DNA of 64,000 nt from an uncultured Planctomycetota bacterium (GTDB lineage: Bacteria; Planctomycetota; Planctomycetia; Isosphaerales; Isosphaeraceae), in NCBI GenBank assembly GCA_963777695.1, contig CAVZRC010000001.1, positions 1,221,913 to 1,285,912 on the forward strand. Reading direction: 5' to 3'. The notes under the pieces were generated by a model that was not told the DNA's origin, ran no database searches, and worked only from the letters and a program-made list of their open reading frames with translations. The position numbers and the translations under genes were made by a program. Shown in pieces: positions 10,785-23,177 of the stretch (position 1 is its first letter; every line of letters starts with the position of its first letter).

Positions 10785-12907
10785 ATCGTGCCTGCGCCGA
10801 GGCGAAGATCAGCCAAGTCGCGAGGAGTTCGAGGCGACTTTCCTGATCCGGCGATAGCCCCTTGCAATCCGCTCCCCACGTTCGACAATCGGAGGTGGGG
10901 TCCTCGCGAGGTGCGGAACCCAAGTCTCCAGGATGATACGAACAGGATAGCGGTACCATGACTTCGCGAACTCACCGCGGCTTTGCGACAATAGTCATTG
11001 GCCATGCTCTGGTCTTGGGCTGGCTCATCGGTCGCGATGTCCGGGCTCAAGGCCCTCAGCCCTCGAAGCGCCCGGCCGAGTTCGGCGTCGTGGTCGAGAA
11101 GGACGTGCTGATTTCGATGAAGGACGGGGTCCGGTTGGCCGCGGACATCTACCGCCCGGCCCGAGACGGCAAGCCCGCCCCGGGCCGGTTCCCCACCGCC
11201 TTGACCCGCACCCCCTACGACAAGAACGGGGTCAAGGGCGAAGGAACCTATTACGCCGAGCGTGGCTATGTCGTCGTCGCCAACGACGTCCGTGGCCGAT
11301 ATGCCAGCGAGGGGACCTGGCGACTGATCGTCGACGATCCCCAGGACGGTTATGAAGTCGTGGAGTGGATCGCGAGGCAGGATTGGTCCGACGGCAAGGT
11401 CGGGACGTTCGGCACGAGCTATCCCGGGGGCACCCAGCACGCGCTCGCCGAGATGAACCCGCCGCACCTGACCACGATGGTCCCGATCGATGCGGTCTCG
11501 AACTGCGGCGTCAGCGGGATGAGGCAGGGCGGTGCATTCGAATTGCGTTTCATGAACTGGATCTTCCAGATCGGTGCCCCCAACAGCCGCGCGGCCCTGG
11601 CCAACCCCGCCCTCCGCAAGGCGTTGACCGAGAGCGGCAGCCATATCCGAGAACACACAGACAGCCTGCCGGTCCGGGCCGGCTCGACGCCATTGAAGGT
11701 CGTACCGGAATACGAGGCGTGGCTGGTCGAGGCGATGCGGAGCGGTCCCGAGTCGCCCTTCTGGCACATCAAGGGGATGTCGGTCGTCGATCACGTCAAG
11801 GACTATGCCGATGTCCCGGTCCTGCACATCACGGGGTGGTACGACTCCTGGACGCGACAGGTCACGATGAACTACGAGGCGCTCTCGGCGGCGAAAAAGT
11901 CTCCCCATCGGCTGGTGATCGGCCCCTGGGTACACGGTAGTCAGGGCTCGAACGTCGCGGGCGAGGTCGAATTCACGCGCGACGCCGCGATCGACCTGCG
12001 CGGCTTCCGTCTGCGTTGGTACGACCGCTGGATGCGCGGCGAGAAGAATGGCGTGGACGAGGAACCTGTGCTGCTCTACATCATGGGGACCGGCGACGAC
12101 CGCCGATCGCCGGCCGGCCGGCTGCTGCACGGCGGTTCGTGGCGTGCCGAGCGCGAGTGGCCGATCGCCCGGACTCGGCCCACGCCGCTCTATCTCAACG
12201 CCGACGGCAAGCTCTCCGCGCGCGGCCCCGTCGATCGACTCCAGCTCTACGACGTACACCTTCGACCCCCGTCATCCGGTGCCGACGATCGGCGGCAACA
12301 TCTCGTCGAACCAGGGACTGATGACCAACGGCGGCTACGACCAGCGGCCCCGCGACGATACCCACGCCGCCGAGAACCGGCTGCCGCTCTCGGAGCGTCG
12401 CGACGTCCTCGTGTTCCGCTCCTCCCCGCTGGCCGCAGACCTCGAGGTCACCGGCACGGTCGAGGTCAAGCTCTGGGTCAGCTCCACCGCACCCGACACC
12501 GACTTCACCGCCAAGCTGATCGACGAGATCCCGCCCAATCCCGACTACCCGCTCGGATTCGACCTCAACCTTTGCGACTCCATCCTCCGGACCCGATACC
12601 GAGAAGGACTCGACCACCAGGCACCCCCGCTGAAGTCCGGCGAGGTGGTGCCGATCACGATCACGCTCTATCCCACGGCGAACGTCTTCAAGAAGGGCCA
12701 CCGCATCCGCGTGGATGTGTCGAGCAGCAATTACCCGCGGTTCGACGTCAACCCGAACACCGGCGACCCCCTCGGCGACTATCGCCGCATGGTCCCTGCC
12801 GACAATACGGTTTACCACGATGCCGCACACCATTCGCAGGTCGTGCTGCCGGTCATTCCCCCCTGTCGAATGACGGCGGGAGATGAATTCAAGCGGCGGA
12901 GGATACC

Positions 12908-13855
<948 letters not shown>

Positions 13856-13864
13856 TGCCGTTCC

Positions 13865-14659
13865 TCAGTCGGTGGCCGTCGCGCCGCCGAGGAACCGTCC
13901 TCCATCGACGCGGAAGCAGGCACCCGTGACGAAATTCGTCCCTTCGAGCAGGTAGAGGATCAGCCGGTTGACATCACCGGCGGAACCCAGGCGTTGTAGA
14001 GGAGTCTGGGCGAGCACGGCCTTCTTGTCCCCCTCATCGAAGTCGGGGGGAGGATCGATCATGGCCGGCTGGATCATCGCGACCGGGATGTGCGGGGCCA
14101 GCTCGCGGGCCAGGGCCAGCGTCATGGTCGTCAGCCCACCCTTGGCGACGAGATATGGCAGATAGTCCTTGTAGGGACGCTCGGTCGCCCAGTCGCCGAT
14201 ATTGATGATCTTCCCCTTGATGCCGTCCACGCCGGGCTGATCCAGCATGACACGAGCAGCGGCGAGCGCCGAGTGATAGGGCGCTGCGAGGTTGGTGGCG
14301 ATCATCTCGTCGAAGTCGCTGGGGACGAGATCGGCCAGGGGCGTACGCCGATACACGCTCGCCATGTTGACCAAGGCATCGATGCGGCCAAACCGACGGG
14401 ACACTTCCGCCACGGCATGCTCAGCCTGCTGGGCTCGCGACAGGTCGGCGCCGATGGCCAATGCGTCAACGCCCTGCGCCTCGACGGCCGCAATCGTCCG
14501 CTCGATCACCTCGCGGCTGGAATGATAGGTCATCGCGACATGGGCCCCTCGGCCGGCGAGCCTCAAGGCCAGCTCGCCGCCGACGCGACGACCGCCGGTA
14601 ATCAGGACGACTTTACCGTGCAAGGAACTGGCCGACTCGGTCGCCTCGAGATTCGACAT
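13865..14659 (-). CDS. SDR family oxidoreductase
   Basis: TGGxxxxG near the N-terminus (VLITGGRRVGG). YxxxK (YLVAK). Confidence 0.8.
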   Translation of the reverse strand: MSNLEATESASSLHGKVVLITGGRRVGGELALRLAGRGAHVAMTYHSSREVIERTIAAVEAQGVDALAIGADLSRAQQAEHAVAEVSRRFGRIDALVNMASVYRRTPLADLVPSDFDEMIATNLAAPYHSALAAARVMLDQPGVDGIKGKIINIGDWATERPYKDYLPYLVAKGGLTTMTLALARELAPHIPVAMIQPAMIDPPPDFDEGDKKAVLAQTPLQRLGSAGDVNRLILYLLEGTNFVTGACFRVDGGRFLGGATATD

Positions 14660-14660
14660 C

Positions 14661-15209
14661 TCACATGCCCTTCCAGACGACGTCGGCCACGCCGGCGCGG
14701 TGATTCACGGCGCGGGCCAGCACGAACAGGAGGTCACTGAGCCGGTTAAGGTAGACGATGAGATCGCGAGGGACATCTTCGCCCGGCTGACGCGAGAGCG
14801 TCACGGCCAACCGCTCGGCGCGTCGGCAGACCGTACGCGAAAGGTGAAGTTGAGCCGCGGATACGGCCCCGCCGGGAAGGATAAACTGGGTCAACGGTGC
14901 CAGTTCCTCATCCATCTCATCGATCGCCGACTCCAGTCGTCCGACGTGCCCCGGCGTGATCGCATTGTGGAACGGCCCGTCGGACAACGGGTCGGCGAGC
15001 GCCGAGCCGACGACGAAGAGGTCGTCCTGGAGCTGTGCGGCCAGGCGATCGGCGCGGGCGTCCAGGCCGTGGGCGCGGGCCACGCCGAGCGAGGCGTTCA
15101 GCTCATCGACCGTCCCGTACACCTCGACGCGCATCGCGTCCTTGGATACGCGACCGCTACCCAGCAGTCCCGTGTAGCCATCGTCGCCCGTCCTCGTGTA
15201 GATTCGCAT
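14661..15209 (-). CDS. cob(I)yrinic acid a,c-diamide adenosyltransferase, PduO type
   Basis: YTRTGDxGxT N-terminal motif and PduO-type helical bundle sequence. Start placed at the internal ATG giving MRIYTRTGDDG. Confidence 0.8.
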   Translation of the reverse strand: MRIYTRTGDDGYTGLLGSGRVSKDAMRVEVYGTVDELNASLGVARAHGLDARADRLAAQLQDDLFVVGSALADPLSDGPFHNAITPGHVGRLESAIDEMDEELAPLTQFILPGGAVSAAQLHLSRTVCRRAERLAVTLSRQPGEDVPRDLIVYLNRLSDLLFVLARAVNHRAGVADVVWKGM

Positions 15210-15325
15210 ACTTGGCCGCGTTCCCCGATTTCCCACCATTGGCGAGCGTCTCGTCTCGCTTTATACTAGGCACGTCCGTCCCGACCGACCACCAGCCGAT
15301 GCCACTTTGAGAGGGAGCCGGCCCG

Positions 15326-16423
15326 ATGAGTCCCACCCTGGCACCGATCCTCCTGTTCGCCGCGACGATCACCGCGCAGCATCCCGGCGGTGCCCCCGCC
15401 GGTGCTCCGGGCATGTCGGCCGAGGAAGTGGCCCGCCACGAAAGTCGACACCTCAAGGATACCCGACAGGCGACTTTCGGTCTCGCCCGAGCCGGCGAGG
15501 GTTATTTCAGCCCCGACGGCCAATCAATCATCTTCCAGGCGGTTCCCTACGTCCCCCCCTCGATCTTCCACCGGCCCAAGCCCGATGAGGATGGCTATCA
15601 GATCTTCCTGGGTCGCTTGAAGGCTGACGCCCCGGCCACGATGGTGAGCACCGGCAAGGGCCGCTGCACCTGCGCCTATTTCCATCCGGACGGGCGATCG
15701 ATCCTCTTCGCCTCGACCCATCTCAGCCCGAGCACCGAGGCCGAGCCGTCCAAGGGACCGGCCTACAGCCGAACGGATCGCTACCGATGGGAATTTCCCG
15801 AGACGATGGACATCTTCGCCGCCGACCTCGACGGCAAGAATCTGAAACGGCTCACCGACACGCCCGGCTATGACGCCGAGGGCAGCTATTCGGCCGACGG
15901 CACCAAGATCGTCTTCACCTCCTTCCGCGACGGCGACGGCGAGATCTACATCATGGACGCCGACGGCAAGAATCCGCGTCGGATCACAAGGGCCAAGGGC
16001 TACGACGGCGGCCCGTTCTTCTCGCCCGACGGCAAGCGGATCATCTATCGGAGCGACCGCAAGGGCAATGACCTCTTGCAGGTTTATGTGAATAACGTCG
16101 AAGGCACGGCCGAGCGGGCCCTGACCGCCAACGAGTTCGTGAACTGGGGCCCTTCCTGGCACCCCGACAACCGACATATCATCTACGCGACCAGCAAACA
16201 CGGGCATTCCAATTACGAGCTCTACCTGATGGATGTCGACAACGGCCGCGAAGAACGCATCACCTACCAGGAGGGCTTCGACGGACTGCCGGTCTTCAGC
16301 CCCGACGGCAAGAGACTCATGTGGACCTCCAGCGGCCGGACCGCCGATCGCAAGAGCCAGCTCTTCATCGCCGACTTCACCCTGGAGCCCGCCCCTCGAC
16401 GGGAATCGGCCGCGTCGCGCTAG
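15326..16423 (+). CDS. secreted TolB-like beta-propeller protein (PD40/WD40-like repeats)
   Basis: N-terminal hydrophobic signal. Repeated PD40 motifs (SPDG[KQ], DG..I.F.S.R.G). Confidence 0.8.
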   Translation: MSPTLAPILLFAATITAQHPGGAPAGAPGMSAEEVARHESRHLKDTRQATFGLARAGEGYFSPDGQSIIFQAVPYVPPSIFHRPKPDEDGYQIFLGRLKADAPATMVSTGKGRCTCAYFHPDGRSILFASTHLSPSTEAEPSKGPAYSRTDRYRWEFPETMDIFAADLDGKNLKRLTDTPGYDAEGSYSADGTKIVFTSFRDGDGEIYIMDADGKNPRRITRAKGYDGGPFFSPDGKRIIYRSDRKGNDLLQVYVNNVEGTAERALTANEFVNWGPSWHPDNRHIIYATSKHGHSNYELYLMDVDNGREERITYQEGFDGLPVFSPDGKRLMWTSSGRTADRKSQLFIADFTLEPAPRRESAASR

Positions 16424-16482
16424 TCGGTGCGGAAGTCCGGAAAACTGCCTCGCATTCGAACACCACGAGAAAGAACCTCGCC

Positions 16483-16971
16483 ATGGGACCCAAGGACGTC
16501 ATCCGGAAGACGCTCGATATGAGCGATTACATCCTCAAGAGCTATGTGAAGGATCTCTCGGACGAAGATTTGCGGCTCATCCCCGTCGAGGGGATGCACC
16601 CGATCGCGCTCCAGCTCGGTCACCTGATTTGCGTCGAGAAATGGATGCTCGACAAGGTCGAACCGGGAATCCTCCGGCCCTTGCCCGACGGATTCGAAGC
16701 GGCGCACGACATCAAGACCGCCAACGCCGATATGTCGCGATTCGCGACCAAGGATGAGTATGTCAAGCTCTGGGATGAGCACATGGCCGCGACGATCGCG
16801 ACCCTCGACAGCGTCGACGAGTCCGAGCTCGATAGCAATCGCGACGGCACGCTCCCCAAATTCGCGCCCACGGTCGGCTTGTTGCTCAACATGATCGGCG
16901 TCCACGCCCTGAGCCACGTCGGACAGTTCGTCGCGGTCCGTCGCCTGCTCAAGAAGCCGATCGCGTTCTGA
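16483..16971 (+). CDS. DinB/YfiT-like family protein
   Basis: DinB_2-like four-helix pattern with conserved His (QLGHL..., HALSHVGQ). Confidence 0.65.
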   Translation: MGPKDVIRKTLDMSDYILKSYVKDLSDEDLRLIPVEGMHPIALQLGHLICVEKWMLDKVEPGILRPLPDGFEAAHDIKTANADMSRFATKDEYVKLWDEHMAATIATLDSVDESELDSNRDGTLPKFAPTVGLLLNMIGVHALSHVGQFVAVRRLLKKPIAF

Positions 16972-16974
16972 CGC

Positions 16975-17691
16975 TCAGGCATTCGTCCCGAGCCAGTCGG
17001 CCCGGCCCAGCCGCTCCAGGCGCGGCAAGCCGGGATCGAACCCCGCACGGCGCAGGGCGCGGAGATGTCCGGCAAGTACCCGCATGTCGTCCGGCTGATG
17101 GATCTTGTACCAGGGCGGCAAGGTGGACAGCGAGAGCCCGGTCTCCGCGAGCCGATCCATGAGGAGGCTGAGGGCGATCGGGCTGCTCCACTCCAACCCT
17201 TCGAAGATCGGAGGCGCCTCGCGACGGACACCGACGAGATAGCAGCCGCCATTCGTTGCGGGGCCGATCACGACGTCCCGGCCTTCCAGGCAGAGGAACG
17301 CACTGACGACAATCGTCGGGTCGAGCGAAGGGGCATCGGCTCCGATCACGACGACTCGATCGGCCCCATCCTCCAACTCGCCCGCGAGGAACGCCTGGAC
17401 GGCTCGACCGACGTCGCCATCGACTCGCGGCTGCATGGCGAACGAAGAGGGGACCTTCTCATCGAACCAGGGACCGGCATCGTCGGGCGCGTACACGAGG
17501 ACCCGCCGGCCTCCCGAACTCAGGATCTCGGCCGAATCCCAGACGTCGAGCGTGTCGAAGAGCATCGCCTCGAGGATCTCGGACGCGATGTCCGGCCCCC
17601 ACTCCTCGGCCAGCCGAGACTCGCCCCTTCCGGGCTCGGGCTTCTCGCCGAGAATCCCCAGCACACAATCTTCGGGGAGCGTCCAGGCCAT
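16975..17691 (-). CDS. DUF2064/TIGR04282-type glycosyltransferase-like (nucleotidyltransferase fold) protein
   Basis: VIGADAP...GGCYLVG pattern typical of the DUF2064 Rossmann-like family. Confidence 0.6.
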   Translation of the reverse strand: MAWTLPEDCVLGILGEKPEPGRGESRLAEEWGPDIASEILEAMLFDTLDVWDSAEILSSGGRRVLVYAPDDAGPWFDEKVPSSFAMQPRVDGDVGRAVQAFLAGELEDGADRVVVIGADAPSLDPTIVVSAFLCLEGRDVVIGPATNGGCYLVGVRREAPPIFEGLEWSSPIALSLLMDRLAETGLSLSTLPPWYKIHQPDDMRVLAGHLRALRRAGFDPGLPRLERLGRADWLGTNA

Positions 17692-17692
17692 A

Positions 17693-18025
17693 TCAGCTCC
17701 CCTCGCCCGAGAGCCCGTCGGTGGTCGAGGGATTGCGGCTCTCCGCCAGGAGTAGCCGATCCAGGAGCATGGGGTTGACGACACCCCGGAACCGGACCTT
17801 GCCGTTGACCGCGACCACGGGGACCTCGGTGTCGTATTTCGCCACCAGCTCGGGATCTCCGTCGACGTCGACTTCCTCGATCGCGAAGCCCGAGCGCCCC
17901 TGGTATTCCTTGAGAAGGTCGAGGGCCTTATGGCAGCAACAGCACTGGGTGCGGGTGTAGACGGTGAAGGTCAGGTGCTCGGTCCGGGGGGACCGACGCA
18001 GCAGGCGAGTCAGCAGTGAAGTCAT
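17693..18025 (-). CDS. glutaredoxin-like protein
   Basis: VYTRTQCCCCHKA redox motif at a thioredoxin-fold N-terminus. KYDTEVPVVAVNGK. Confidence 0.7.
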   Translation of the reverse strand: MTSLLTRLLRRSPRTEHLTFTVYTRTQCCCCHKALDLLKEYQGRSGFAIEEVDVDGDPELVAKYDTEVPVVAVNGKVRFRGVVNPMLLDRLLLAESRNPSTTDGLSGEGS

Positions 18026-18040
18026 GGTTTCCTCTCGCGA

Positions 18041-18262
18041 TCAACGATCGGGAAGGCTGAAATCGTGGTCGTAGAACTCGAGCCGGCCGCACTTCTCGCA
18101 ACGATAGAGGTCCAGCGGCTTGATCTGTTCGCCCAGGTCGGCGATCTCGCCCAGGAAGAAATGCCAGCCGGAGGTCGTGCCGCCGACCCGGACCGGTAAC
18201 TGTCCCAGGCCACGCAATGCGACCTGGCAATGGGGACATGTCGGCGTCTCGTAGGTTGCCAT
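18041..18262 (-). CDS. zinc-ribbon domain protein
   Basis: CPHCQ...CEKCG two Cys pairs. Confidence 0.55.
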   Translation of the reverse strand: MATYETPTCPHCQVALRGLGQLPVRVGGTTSGWHFFLGEIADLGEQIKPLDLYRCEKCGRLEFYDHDFSLPDR

Positions 18263-18427
18263 CGTCCTCGGTCTCCCGGACTACCGAGTTCTTGCACGGA
18301 CGGCAGGTGCGTAGAATCGTGAGGTTGCCGTCCCGCGCCTGTCTGAGAATCTTAGCCATTCCGTAAAGCCCACAGAGAGATCATACCAGTTGGGCCCTCG
18401 TGGCAGAGCAGGCTTGCCGCCTCACCT

Positions 18428-18470
18428 CCAAGCAGGTCGCCGTCTACGGTTTTCGCCGTTGACGAGTACG
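18428..18470. promoter_or_regulatory. candidate BlaI operator (imperfect palindrome TACGGTTTTCGCCGT-N7-ACGGCAAAACCCGTA)
   Basis: Inverted repeat about 65 bp upstream of the blaI start. Confidence 0.4.
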
Positions 18471-18534
18471 GCAAAACCCGTAAGCTCCCGGCTGTTGATT
18501 GCACACGAGGTCCACGACAAGGAGGCCAATCCGC

Positions 18535-18996
18535 ATGGCACGTCCTCGCCACGAGCAGCCGACGCCCGCCGAGCTCGAGATCCTCAAGATCCTCTGGGAT
18601 CGCGACGGGCCCTCCACCGTGAGGGACGTCCTCGAAGTCGTCAATCGCCTCTCCGACCCGCCCCGGGCATATACGTCGGTCATGAGCCTGCTGAACGTCA
18701 TGACCGACAAGGGACTCTTACGCAGATCGCCCCTGGGCCGGGCCTTCCTCTACGAGCCCGTCTCGCCGAAGGAACAGACCCTCCGCTCGATGCTGGGCGA
18801 GACCCTCGAGCGGGTCTATAACGGATCGGCCAGCCTGCTCGTCGCCCACCTGCTCGACCAGTCCCATCCCTCGGTCGATGAGCTCGATCAGATCCGCACG
18901 CTCCTCGATGACTTCCAGGATCGACGGGGCGATGTCCCCGGTCGGAAAGGAGGTCTCCGATGCGATCGCTCGCGCTCGAAGCGTTCGACGGGCTGA
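18535..18996 (+). CDS. BlaI/MecI/CopY family transcriptional repressor
   Basis: Winged-helix N-terminus LEILKILWDRDGPSTVRDV...YTSVMSLLNVMTDKGLL. Confidence 0.8.
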   Translation: MARPRHEQPTPAELEILKILWDRDGPSTVRDVLEVVNRLSDPPRAYTSVMSLLNVMTDKGLLRRSPLGRAFLYEPVSPKEQTLRSMLGETLERVYNGSASLLVAHLLDQSHPSVDELDQIRTLLDDFQDRRGDVPGRKGGLRCDRSRSKRSTG

Positions 18997-21002
18997 CCGG
19001 TCGGTTCATCTGTCTCGGACTATTGAACGGCTGCTGGCTCGGGCTCTTCGCAGCCTCGGCATGTGCCCTGCTTTTCCGGGCCGCGCCCCGGCTCTCGCAT
19101 CCTGTCCGACACACTATCCTGTTCGTGGCGATCGCGACCGTTGCGAGCGGGCCGGTCGTCCTGACGGCCGTTCAGCGCCTCGTCAGGACGTTGCCGACGA
19201 GGTCCCAATCGGCGCAATCGGAGTTCGAGGTCATCGCGGGCATGCCGTCGGTTGGGGCGGGTCTCGAACGGACAGGCTCCGGGATTCAATACGCTCGGGG
19301 AAGACCCGCTGTCCCCCGGCACCTGCGGTTTCCCGGGCTCGCACTCTCTCGCGCGGTTGCCCTCGCAGTCCGAATCCAGCCGATCCTGGTCCTCGTGTGG
19401 CTCCTGGTCGTCGCAGGGCTCGTGTTGGTGCTGGGCCTCGGACTGCGTGGGACCAATCGATTGTGTCGGCAGGCCGATCCCGCCCCCCCGATCATCCACG
19501 AACGGGCGCGACGCCTGGCGCGCCGCTTGAGGCTCGGTAATCCCCCGCAAGTGTTGATCCACCCCAGGCTCGCCGAACCCTGTCTTTGCGGCTTGCTCCG
19601 GCCGGTGATCCTCCTACCCGGTGCGTGGATCATGGGCGCTCCTACCGAGCGACTCGATGCGATCCTGGCCCATGAGCTCGCCCACGCCCGCCGGCTCGAT
19701 CCTCTCGCCAACCTGGGGCAGCGGGTCGTCGAATCCCTGCTGTTCTTCCATCCCGCCGTCCACTGGCTCTCCCGATCGCTCCGCCGCGAGCGGGAGCTCT
19801 GCACCGATGCGCTGGCCGTCCGCCTGACGCGGAACCCGCTGGCGCTGGCGGAAGCGCTGGAATCCGTCGCACGTCTTCGCCTCCATTCACGGTCCTCTGC
19901 GGGATTGCCGATCGCCGGCACGTCCCTGGGCGGACACAACCAATCCCTTCTTCCTCGCATTCAGGAGCTGATCGGCATGAAGCCAACACGTCCCCGATTT
20001 CCCGTCTGGACTTTCGCGGGCCTGCCCGCCGCCGGGCTCGTCGCGCTCGTCGCCGCATCCTTCGGCATGGCGGACGATCGCCCTTCAAACTCGGTCCGGC
20101 CTGATGCGGGACCTTCCAGCGCCCCGACTCGATCGCGGGCGGTCGCCTCGATGGTCTTGGAGACCGGCCCGACGGTCGACGGCGGCGTCCACCAGCCTCT
20201 CGCTTCGGATCGCCAGATCTCGTTCGAAGTACGCTACGTCAGCGGCATCGATGCGAACTCCTGGCGCAATCGCTTCGAGGACCGACTCAAGGTGATGCGG
20301 CAGGATGCCGACGTCTCGGCCTGGCTGATCGACGGTCAGTGCCTCAGTGACTTGTTGACCCTCGCCCAGGGGGATACCGTCGTGGACGCACTCATGGCCC
20401 CCAAGATCACCGCTTTCGAGAACGCGAAGGCCAGGATCACCAACCGACGCAAGCAGTACTATGTCTCCGGCCTCGAAAAACTCGAGACCTCCAGGGGCCC
20501 GGCGTTCAAGCCGATCGTCAAGGACGTCGAGGTTGGCTATCGAATTGATATGACCGGTTCCTTCCTACCCGATGGGACAAGGCTCGTCGTCGACCTGCGC
20601 GATTCATCCCTGATCACCCTGCACAACCTGGTCCGTGAGGGGCGGACGAGCGGCGGAGACATCGGCGTCTCGTATCAGGTCCCTACGGCCATCGATCGGA
20701 ACATCCCGGTCTCATGCGACGTCCCCGATGGATCGAGCCTCGTGATCAGCGCGGGCCTCGAAGAGCCGACCGTGCGAGCGGGCGAAACGGTAGGCCTCGC
20801 CCGTGGTCTCCTGGAGAGCGTCGGCCTCGCGAGCTTTAGGCCCAAGGCTGTCGTTCGCGAGCGCCTGGTTATCATCAGGCCGCGTAAGATCATCCTGGAA
20901 TCCGAGGAACGCAGGACCTCCAGTCCGCGACGATCGAAACTCAGCCCAAAGAAGAGTGAATCGGTCGACGGTCAATCGGACTCTGCCCCGAGCCGAGGCT
21001 GA
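18960..21002 (+). CDS. BlaR1/M56 family membrane metallopeptidase (signal transducer) with long C-terminal domain
   Basis: TM helices. HELAHARRLD HExxH motif. Overlaps the blaI end. Confidence 0.8.
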   Translation: MRSLALEAFDGLTGRFICLGLLNGCWLGLFAASACALLFRAAPRLSHPVRHTILFVAIATVASGPVVLTAVQRLVRTLPTRSQSAQSEFEVIAGMPSVGAGLERTGSGIQYARGRPAVPRHLRFPGLALSRAVALAVRIQPILVLVWLLVVAGLVLVLGLGLRGTNRLCRQADPAPPIIHERARRLARRLRLGNPPQVLIHPRLAEPCLCGLLRPVILLPGAWIMGAPTERLDAILAHELAHARRLDPLANLGQRVVESLLFFHPAVHWLSRSLRRERELCTDALAVRLTRNPLALAEALESVARLRLHSRSSAGLPIAGTSLGGHNQSLLPRIQELIGMKPTRPRFPVWTFAGLPAAGLVALVAASFGMADDRPSNSVRPDAGPSSAPTRSRAVASMVLETGPTVDGGVHQPLASDRQISFEVRYVSGIDANSWRNRFEDRLKVMRQDADVSAWLIDGQCLSDLLTLAQGDTVVDALMAPKITAFENAKARITNRRKQYYVSGLEKLETSRGPAFKPIVKDVEVGYRIDMTGSFLPDGTRLVVDLRDSSLITLHNLVREGRTSGGDIGVSYQVPTAIDRNIPVSCDVPDGSSLVISAGLEEPTVRAGETVGLARGLLESVGLASFRPKAVVRERLVIIRPRKIILESEERRTSSPRRSKLSPKKSESVDGQSDSAPSRG

Positions 21003-21046
21003 TCGTGTCGTGAGGCTATCCGGGTCCCCCTCGCGGCAATTTCATC

Positions 21047-22057
21047 TCAGTGGTCGCCCGCGGGGGGCTTCTTCCGAAAGGGCTTGATGTCCGGGGTATC
21101 ATGTAGATTGCCCGGTCTGGAGGCGTACCTGCCGCCGCTGTCCTTGGCGATCCGAATGAGGTGATCGCCGCCCTCGCCGCCGGACATGTCCACGCAATGG
21201 ATCGGGATCTTCCGCGTGTTCAGTCGCGACACCGCCTCGACGGTCCCCGCGGGGAACTCGCCGTCGGAGAGGAGGAAGACGGCCTCGGGCCGGAGGCTCA
21301 GCGCCTGTCTGAGGGCCGCACGCGGATCGGTCCCGCTGTCTGGCTCGATCAGTTGCAGCCATGCCATGAGCTGGCTCTTGTTCGGTTGGTCGGCCGACCG
21401 GGGCCGGGGGCCGCCGGGCATCGGGATCGATTCGTCGTTGTAGAAGATGACCTCGAACTGTTGCGGGGCCTGGAGGGCCAGGACCGATCGCCGGACCTCC
21501 ATCGTCGCGCGGGCGAAGCGGTCCTCGTCGATCATGCTGCCGGAGCAGTCGATCACGTAGATGAAGAACCGGCCTTGGGCTCGGATGCCGAAGAACGATG
21601 CCTGTCGCCAGGGCGGGATCTCGCGCCAGTCCGGAGTGCCCGGAGAATAGCGGTCCTGGACGATCCCTTCCGAGCCGGGTGGCATCAGGAACGGGCTGCG
21701 CGACTCCTGCATCTCGGATCGGGTCAGGACGCGTGGCCCCGCGCCGACCTTGGCGGCCGATTTGGAGGCAGCCTTCGCCTTGGTCTTGTCCGTCGATACG
21801 GTGGCCGGGCTTGATGACTTCGGTTCGGTCTTGGTCGTCGCCGACGACGGTTCGGCCGCAGCCTTCGACCCGGATGAACCTTGCGCCGGAAGTGCGGTGG
21901 CGGCTATGAAAGCCAGCATGTGGAGACAGGCCAAGGCAATTCCTCCCCGTCCGCGCCCCGTCAGACACGCCGAGATGATTCGGACAGGATCCAGGGTATC
22001 GCGTTCGACGGTTGCCGGCAATCGATCGTCATAACGACCTCCGATTCGAACCAGCAT
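21047..22057 (-). CDS. von Willebrand factor type A domain protein (secreted); start may be the internal ATG near 21922
   Basis: FFIYVIDCSGSM MIDAS motif. Ala/Ser/Lys-rich linker. Signal-like MLAFIAATALPAQG. Confidence 0.7.
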   Translation of the reverse strand: MLVRIGGRYDDRLPATVERDTLDPVRIISACLTGRGRGGIALACLHMLAFIAATALPAQGSSGSKAAAEPSSATTKTEPKSSSPATVSTDKTKAKAASKSAAKVGAGPRVLTRSEMQESRSPFLMPPGSEGIVQDRYSPGTPDWREIPPWRQASFFGIRAQGRFFIYVIDCSGSMIDEDRFARATMEVRRSVLALQAPQQFEVIFYNDESIPMPGGPRPRSADQPNKSQLMAWLQLIEPDSGTDPRAALRQALSLRPEAVFLLSDGEFPAGTVEAVSRLNTRKIPIHCVDMSGGEGGDHLIRIAKDSGGRYASRPGNLHDTPDIKPFRKKPPAGDH

Positions 22058-22181
22058 CTAGGATCGCACAAACCGGTTTTATAGAATACAGAACAGTCTG
22101 CGAGCGGGAATCCCGGCGGAGGGATCGAAGGTCGCCCCGCCGTTCATCGTGGCGTCCGGTCACCCGGGGAGAATTTGCCCT

Positions 22182-23078
<897 letters not shown>

Positions 23079-23177
23079 TCGAATCGAACTCTCTCCGGGG
23101 CGACGGATCGTCGTTCGGAACCCCCGATTGTCTCCCAGCGTTTTGCCAACAGTCCAGACCCGCAGGAGTCCCAGCCC

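Noticed and set aside
10691-12259. 522-aa minus-strand ORF
   Set aside because: Antisense to the CocE/NonD hydrolase gene.
15210-15325. Cobalamin riboswitch upstream of the PduO adenosyltransferase
   Set aside because: Only about 115 nt available and no B12-box-like sequence seen.
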